From NCBI GenBank assembly GCA_016873845.1, contig VGVX01000002.1, positions 9,444 through 73,443 of the forward strand: DNA of 64,000 nt. The letters run 5' to 3'. Within the stretch, counting starts at the first letter, position 1. Every line of letters begins with the position of its first letter. The notes under the pieces were generated by a model. That model ran no database searches. It was not told the DNA's origin and saw nothing but the letters and a program-made list of their open reading frames with translations. Shown piece after piece: positions 59,060 to 64,000 of this stretch. The DNA is from Ignavibacteria bacterium (lineage in GTDB: Bacteria > Bacteroidota > Ignavibacteria > Ch128b). Both the position numbers and the translations under genes were made by a program.

Positions 59060-60379
59060 ATGAAACGGAAGAAAATCTTAATTATGGGCGCGGCTGGACG
59101 AGATTTTCATAACTTCAATGTAGTTTATCGAAACAATGAAGAATATGAAGTAGCAGCATTCACGGCTACTCAAATTCCAAACATTGATGGGAGGATATAT
59201 CCAGCAGAACTGGCTGGAAAACTTTATCCGAATGGAATAAAAATTTATGATGAATCAGAATTAACCAGCTTAATAAAAAAATTTGAAATCGAAGAAGTAG
59301 TATTCTCTTATTCTGACGTGCCGTTCGAATACGTTTTATCAAAAGGATCGGAAGTCAATGCTGCAGGTGCAAGTTTCAAACTGCTCGGTGCTGATGAAAC
59401 AATGATAAAAAGTACAAAACCTGTGATTGCAGTTGTTGCTGTCAGAACAGGATGTGGAAAAAGTCAGACTTCGCGCAGGGTTACGGAGATTTTAAAAAAA
59501 GCAGGTAAAAAGGTTGCAGCAATTCGTCATCCAATGCCTTATGGTGACCTTGTAGCTCAGAAAGTCCAGAGATTTGCAACTCTCGAAGACCTTCAAAAAC
59601 ATAAGTGTACGATTGAAGAGATGGAAGAGTATGAACCTCATATTGTAAATGGAAACGTTATCTACGCTGGAGTTGATTATGGTGAAATTTTAAAACAGGC
59701 AGAGCAAGAAGCTGACGTAATTCTTTGGGATGGTGGAAATAACGATACTTCGTTTTATAAAGCAGATTGTACAATTACAGTAGTCGATCCATTGAGACCC
59801 GGTCATGAAATGATTTATTATCCAGGAAATACTTGTTTGCGGCTTGCTGATATTGCTGTCATTAACAAAATTTCAAATGCAAAGAAAGAAGATGTCGAGA
59901 CTGTTAGGAAGAATACTCGAATAGTCAATTCATCGGCAGTAATTCTCGATGCTGATTCGCCAATCGAAGTTGAAAATCCGGAACTGATAAAGGGAAAACG
60001 TGTGCTTGTTGTGGAAGATGGTCCAACATTGACTCATGGAGAAATGAAATTCGGTGCGGGAGTTGTTGCTGCAAAAGAGTTCGGAGCAAGAGAACTTGTC
60101 GATCCAAGACCATTCGCAGTAAAATCAATTCAAGCTACGTATAAAAAATATCCAGGAATTGGTGTTCTACTCCCAGCTATGGGTTATGGCAATGAGCAGA
60201 TTGCAGATCTGGAAGAAACAATCAATCGGGCTGATTGCGATTCAGTCATCATTGGTACTCCTATTGACTTGAGAAGAATTGTTAAGATTGATAAACCTGC
60301 AACTCGTGTGAAGTACAATCTGAAAGAATTAACAAAACCAAATATCGAGGATGTGCTGAAGGAGAAAGGAATTATATGA
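59060..60379 (+). CDS. P-loop NTPase of uncertain function, possibly cyclic 2,3-diphosphoglycerate-synthetase-like, in an operon with carbamate kinase
   Basis: A Walker-A-like 'VAVRTGCGKSQT' sits mid-protein in a 439 aa soluble protein. The gene overlaps the carbamate kinase start (ATGA). The family assignment is a tentative recollection only. Confidence 0.35.
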   Translation: MKRKKILIMGAAGRDFHNFNVVYRNNEEYEVAAFTATQIPNIDGRIYPAELAGKLYPNGIKIYDESELTSLIKKFEIEEVVFSYSDVPFEYVLSKGSEVNAAGASFKLLGADETMIKSTKPVIAVVAVRTGCGKSQTSRRVTEILKKAGKKVAAIRHPMPYGDLVAQKVQRFATLEDLQKHKCTIEEMEEYEPHIVNGNVIYAGVDYGEILKQAEQEADVILWDGGNNDTSFYKADCTITVVDPLRPGHEMIYYPGNTCLRLADIAVINKISNAKKEDVETVRKNTRIVNSSAVILDADSPIEVENPELIKGKRVLVVEDGPTLTHGEMKFGAGVVAAKEFGARELVDPRPFAVKSIQATYKKYPGIGVLLPAMGYGNEQIADLEETINRADCDSVIIGTPIDLRRIVKIDKPATRVKYNLKELTKPNIEDVLKEKGII

Positions 60380-61317
60380 AAAAAATTGCAGTAGTGGCTT
60401 TCGGCGGCAATGCAATTTTACGCGGAGATCAGAAAGGTACGATCGAGGAACAGGAAAAAAATACATACGATACTTGTATGAACATTATTCCTTTGCTCGA
60501 ACGAGGGTATGAGTTGGTAATTACTCATGGAAACGGACCTGTCGTTGGAAACATTCTACAGAGAAATGAGGCTGCCAATCAATTATTTGGAATCCCAATT
60601 ATGCCACTGGATATTTGCGTGGCTGATTCTGAAGGCGGGATCGGTTACATGATAGAAATGCAAATGATGAATGCTCTCAATGAGAAGGGAATTAAAAAAC
60701 AAATTGCAACTTTAATCACACAAGTGGAAGTAGATAAGAATGATGAGGCGTTCAAAGACCCAACAAAACCTATCGGAAAATTCTACTCAAAAGGAGATGC
60801 TGAAAGATTTCAAAAGGAATCTGGCTGGATAATGAAAGAAGATGCAAGGAAAAGAGGATTTCGACGAGTGGTTCCTTCACCACAGCCAAGAACTGTAATT
60901 AAGAGAGATTTAATAAAAAGTTTAGTTGAGACGGGGAGTATTGTGATTGCGTGCGGCGGCGGAGGAATTCCGGTCTATCGGCATGATAATGGACATCTCG
61001 AAGCGATTGAAGCAGTTATTGATAAAGATTTAGCCTCATCACTCTTAGCAATAGAAATTGGAGCTGATGCATTTTACATTTTAACCGATATTTCCAAAGT
61101 CGCTCTTAACTTCTGCAAGCCAGATCAAAAACTATTGGATGAGTTAAGTGTTTCAGACGCAAAAAAATATCTTGCCGAAGGTCAATTTCCGTCTGGAAGC
61201 ATGGGTCCTAAGATCCAGGCTGCTGTGGAATTTGTCGAAGCCACAGGGAAAGAAATGATAATTACTGAATCTAGAGAATTATCAAATCCAAAAAGCGGTA
61301 CGAGAATAGTTAAATAG
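60376..61317 (+). CDS. arcC: Carbamate kinase
   Basis: 'KKIAVVAFGGNAI', 'ITHGNGPQVG-like ITHGNGPVVG' and 'IACGGGGIPV' are present. Length is 313 aa. Confidence 0.9.
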   Translation: MKKIAVVAFGGNAILRGDQKGTIEEQEKNTYDTCMNIIPLLERGYELVITHGNGPVVGNILQRNEAANQLFGIPIMPLDICVADSEGGIGYMIEMQMMNALNEKGIKKQIATLITQVEVDKNDEAFKDPTKPIGKFYSKGDAERFQKESGWIMKEDARKRGFRRVVPSPQPRTVIKRDLIKSLVETGSIVIACGGGGIPVYRHDNGHLEAIEAVIDKDLASSLLAIEIGADAFYILTDISKVALNFCKPDQKLLDELSVSDAKKYLAEGQFPSGSMGPKIQAAVEFVEATGKEMIITESRELSNPKSGTRIVK

Positions 61318-61330
61318 AATTGATAATTGT

Positions 61331-61346
61331 TCCGTTAGCTAACGGA
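61331..61346. promoter_or_regulatory. 16 bp perfect palindrome 'TCCGTTAGCTAACGGA' in the arcC-argF intergenic region. It is followed at 61404-61424 by three tandem (A/C)TCAATT heptamers just upstream of argF.
   Basis: Read directly from the sequence. No U-tract follows, so a protein-binding operator is more likely than a terminator. Confidence 0.35.
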
Positions 61347-61445
61347 TGGAGAGTTGAGAATTAGTGACTCACAATATATTTCAACTATTCACCCCTAATT
61401 ATTATCAATTATCAATTCTCAATTCTAAATTAAATAGAGGTTTTT

Positions 61446-62378
61446 ATGTCTGTAAAAATGAAAAATAAAAGTTTAATAGAGATTCAGCATCTTACTCATG
61501 AAGAGATTTATCAGATATTTGAGTTAAGTGCTTCATTGAAAATGAAACAGATTTCTGGTGAACAACATCATCTGTTAGCTGGAAAGACACTAGGTATGAT
61601 ATTCGCCAAACCATCTACTAGAACAAGAGTTTCTTTCGAAGTAGGAATTTATCAGCTTGGCGGAATTGGTATGTACTTCGGACCGAATGATCTACAGCTA
61701 AATCGCGGAGAAACAATTTCAGACACTGCGAAAGTTCTTTCAAGATACTTAGATGGAATTATGATAAGAACTTTTTCGCATCAGGATGTAATTGACTTAG
61801 CTCGATTTGGTTCTATCCCGGTTATAAATGGATTGACCGACTTGCACCATCCATGTCAAGTACTTGCTGATCTATTTACAATTCTCGAAAAGAAAAGAGT
61901 TTTGCGAGGATTAAAACTTGCCTACATCGGCGATGGAAATAATATGGCTCACAGTCTTTTACAGGGTTGCTCAAAAGTTGGAATGGATGTAACAATTGCT
62001 TCTCCATCCGGCTATTTGCCGCTTGAAGAAGTTGTTGAAGAATCAAAAGCCAACGCAAAATATTTTGGCTCTAAAGTTGAAATATTGAGCGATCCAATCG
62101 CTGCAGTTAAAAATGCTGATATTGTCTATACTGATGTTTGGGCAAGTATGGGACAAGAATCAGAAGCTCAGGATAGAAAAAAGAAATTCGAGAAATTCCA
62201 AGTCAATCCTGACTTAGTGAAGAATGCGAAAGAAGATTATCTATTTATGCATTGTCTTCCAGCACATCGTGGGGATGAAGTTGTCGATGAAGTGGCAGAT
62301 AGTCCAAATTCAGTGATCTTTGATGAGGCGGAAAATCGTCTTCATGTTCAAAAAGCGATTATGGCATTGGTTATGTAG
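61446..62378 (+). CDS. argF: Ornithine carbamoyltransferase (ATCase/OTCase family)
   Basis: 'STRTRVSFE' binds carbamoyl phosphate. 'HCLPAHRGDEV' is the ornithine-binding HCLP motif. Length is 310 aa. Confidence 0.85.
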   Translation: MSVKMKNKSLIEIQHLTHEEIYQIFELSASLKMKQISGEQHHLLAGKTLGMIFAKPSTRTRVSFEVGIYQLGGIGMYFGPNDLQLNRGETISDTAKVLSRYLDGIMIRTFSHQDVIDLARFGSIPVINGLTDLHHPCQVLADLFTILEKKRVLRGLKLAYIGDGNNMAHSLLQGCSKVGMDVTIASPSGYLPLEEVVEESKANAKYFGSKVEILSDPIAAVKNADIVYTDVWASMGQESEAQDRKKKFEKFQVNPDLVKNAKEDYLFMHCLPAHRGDEVVDEVADSPNSVIFDEAENRLHVQKAIMALVM

Positions 62379-62392
62379 AAAATGAGAAGGAT

Positions 62393-62426
62393 TCCATCCC
62401 GACTTGTCGGGATGGAAACTTTTCTC
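62393..62426. terminator. Bidirectional rho-independent terminator between convergent argF and the BNR-repeat gene
   Basis: 'TTCCATCCCGAC ttg TCGGGATGGAA' is a 12 bp perfect stem, followed by 'ACTTTTCTC' on the + strand and by a T-rich run on the minus strand. Confidence 0.7.
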
Positions 62427-62433
62427 ACATTCT

Positions 62434-64000
62434 TTACTTCACTTCCAACTCGGGAACTCTTCCTGGTGTCCAAGGTGCGGCAATTTTTTCTAAATCCGCT
62501 TCCAGCTTTTTAATATCAACCTCATAAATATTTTTAACTCTGGCTAATATTGGTGGAAAATCTTCGGCCAAAACGTCATATGCTACTTGTTCATTCTTCG
62601 TAAGATTTGAGGTTGAACGCCAATGTGTATAAGCAAGTGTTCTTAATCTTTCATTTATAGTAACTGGAGAAGGTGGATTTTCCTCTGTGCTTGGGAATTT
62701 AGATTTTCTTTCAAAATTTAAAAGTAGTTCATTAAGCTTATCAGAAATGTTATTTGCTCTTGTCATCATTTCAAATAGTGCATCTGGAGTGTTCAAAATA
62801 ACCTGTTTCAAATTATCGACTCTTTTCGTCAACTCGTTTATAAATCTATGCGTACCTTGAACCGTCCGAGCGAGTGATGTTGCCTTTTTCTGAAATAGCA
62901 CTAGCTCTTCTCTGGAATCTGCTGGGAGAGTTGTGTTACGCAGCGTCACACAATTAAATTCAACTGGAGAGACTAATTCTTTCATTCCATCACGAGTAAC
63001 AAGAGAAAAAGAAACTTTATATTTTCCTGGCAATGCGAGTGTTCCGCTTTGAGTTTTCGATGTCGGTTCAAATTTTTCAGAAACGGATACCGGTGAGGTC
63101 GATTGATACCGCATATCCCACGTTAGTCTTTGGATGCCTTTAGAAGCCGATTTGGTAAGTTTACGAACAACTTGCCCTGCTTCATCAAAGATCGTAAATA
63201 TCAAATAAGGAGAAAGTTCTAGATCTTCTTTTTGCAATTCCTCATTGGATGGCTGTGGGATTGGTTTTCCATCTTTAAATAATTCTTTTTCCTTCTCTTT
63301 TCTAATTTGTTTTAGAGTCTTTGGAACTTCTTTAATATAATAAGTGAATGTTGCACCAAATTCTGGATTTGAAGCTGCATAATAAGATGAGCCCAAGGCA
63401 CCTAATGTAAAAGAGGGAACGTACATCAATGCATCTTTTATCGGGAAGATATGTGCTTCGCTATCAATCATTTCTTTTTTAACTTGGCGAAGAGGGGAAT
63501 AGTCATCAAGGATATAAAAACCTCTCCCAAAAGTTGCTATTACAAGATCACTTTCTCTTTTTTGGATCACCATATCTCTAACTGAGATAGTTGGCAAACC
63601 AGAATTTAGTTTATTCCATTTTTCGCCTCCGTCAGTACTGAAAAATATGCTGAACTCAGTTCCGACAAAAATCAGATTTGGATTAATGAAATCTTGTTCA
63701 ATTGTATGAACGGTTCCATTTTCAGGCAGATTGTTTGAGATGGACTTCCAAGTTTTTCCTTTATCTCTACTTACAAGCACGTATGGCTTGAAATCGTCTC
63801 GCTTGATATTATTAAAGCTTGCATAGACTATGTTTTCATCAAATCTTGAAGGATAAATATCACTTACATAAGTGTTTTCGGGAATTCCAGGAAACTCCGA
63901 AATCTTTCTCCATGTTTTTCCATCTTCAGAAACTTGGATCAAACCATCATCGGTTCCAACATAGAGAAGATTCTCTTTAACTGGCGACTCACTCATCGAT
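62434..64000 (-). CDS. BNR/sortilin-Vps10-type repeat glycosyl-hydrolase-like beta-propeller protein. The N-terminus probably continues beyond the window edge.
   Basis: Repeated 'S.DGG.TW' units ('SEDGKTWRKIS', 'SRDKGKTWKSIS', 'STDGGEKWNKLN') are BNR/Asp-box motifs. No signal peptide is visible at the first Met and only 4 nt remain before the window end. Confidence 0.55.
   Translation of the reverse strand, partial: SMSESPVKENLLYVGTDDGLIQVSEDGKTWRKISEFPGIPENTYVSDIYPSRFDENIVYASFNNIKRDDFKPYVLVSRDKGKTWKSISNNLPENGTVHTIEQDFINPNLIFVGTEFSIFFSTDGGEKWNKLNSGLPTISVRDMVIQKRESDLVIATFGRGFYILDDYSPLRQVKKEMIDSEAHIFPIKDALMYVPSFTLGALGSSYYAASNPEFGATFTYYIKEVPKTLKQIRKEKEKELFKDGKPIPQPSNEELQKEDLELSPYLIFTIFDEAGQVVRKLTKSASKGIQRLTWDMRYQSTSPVSVSEKFEPTSKTQSGTLALPGKYKVSFSLVTRDGMKELVSPVEFNCVTLRNTTLPADSREELVLFQKKATSLARTVQGTHRFINELTKRVDNLKQVILNTPDALFEMMTRANNISDKLNELLLNFERKSKFPSTEENPPSPVTINERLRTLAYTHWRSTSNLTKNEQVAYDVLAEDFPPILARVKNIYEVDIKKLEADLEKIAAPWTPGRVPELEVK

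Overview
This is a 64 kb window from a low-GC (~35%) bacterium with about 60 densely packed protein genes, no rRNA or tRNA genes, no CRISPR array and no recognisable transposase, integrase or phage gene.

Lineage is inferred, not seen directly. Two large adjacent proteins end in type IX secretion (T9SS) C-terminal sorting domains ('YQNYPNPFNP...'), and many genes have Shine-Dalgarno-like GGAG/AGGAG sites. That combination suggests an FCB-group organism that uses ribosome-binding sites, perhaps Ignavibacteria or Chlorobi-like.

Most of the window is housekeeping:
- 1-5371 (+): an ion transporter, a NuoN/MrpD-family subunit, Nnr and TonB.
- 5991-10853 (-): two T9SS cargo genes.
- 11070-17003 (+): a MATE exporter followed by a partner-switching cassette (membrane PP2C phosphatase, STAS antagonist, GHKL kinase, GAF-PP2C phosphatase).
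- 18316-39465 (+): Maf, a divergent EF-G paralog, a HIT/Ugd/bi-domain oxidoreductase/glycerate kinase cluster, MutL, a methylmalonyl-CoA mutase catalytic subunit, a UbiA-family prenyltransferase, a CNNM hemolysin, Tgt, YajC, archease and RtcB, and NfeD.
- 39596-48560 (-): a long cluster running purC-psd-pssA-purS-purQ-tatA-gatA-sucD-ndk-nudix-namZ-like.
- 48759-62378 (+): ybaB-recR, a methyltransferase, two paralogous lipoproteins, PGM, FtsX, a hybrid histidine kinase, GlmS, a P-loop protein, carbamate kinase and ornithine carbamoyltransferase.
- 62434-64000 (-): a BNR-repeat protein cut off by the window edge.

The most unusual items are:
- an EF-G paralog in which the catalytic switch-II histidine is replaced by tyrosine;
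- the two-phosphatase partner-switching cassette with no sigma factor nearby;
- a solitary NuoN/MrpD-like gene away from any complex I operon;
- archease-RtcB preceded by a perfect hairpin;
- a P-loop protein fused into a carbamate kinase / OTC operon;
- a SucD with a poly-lysine tail;
- a 620 bp ORF-free tract.

Every call below comes from reading the translated motifs by eye. No database search was possible.
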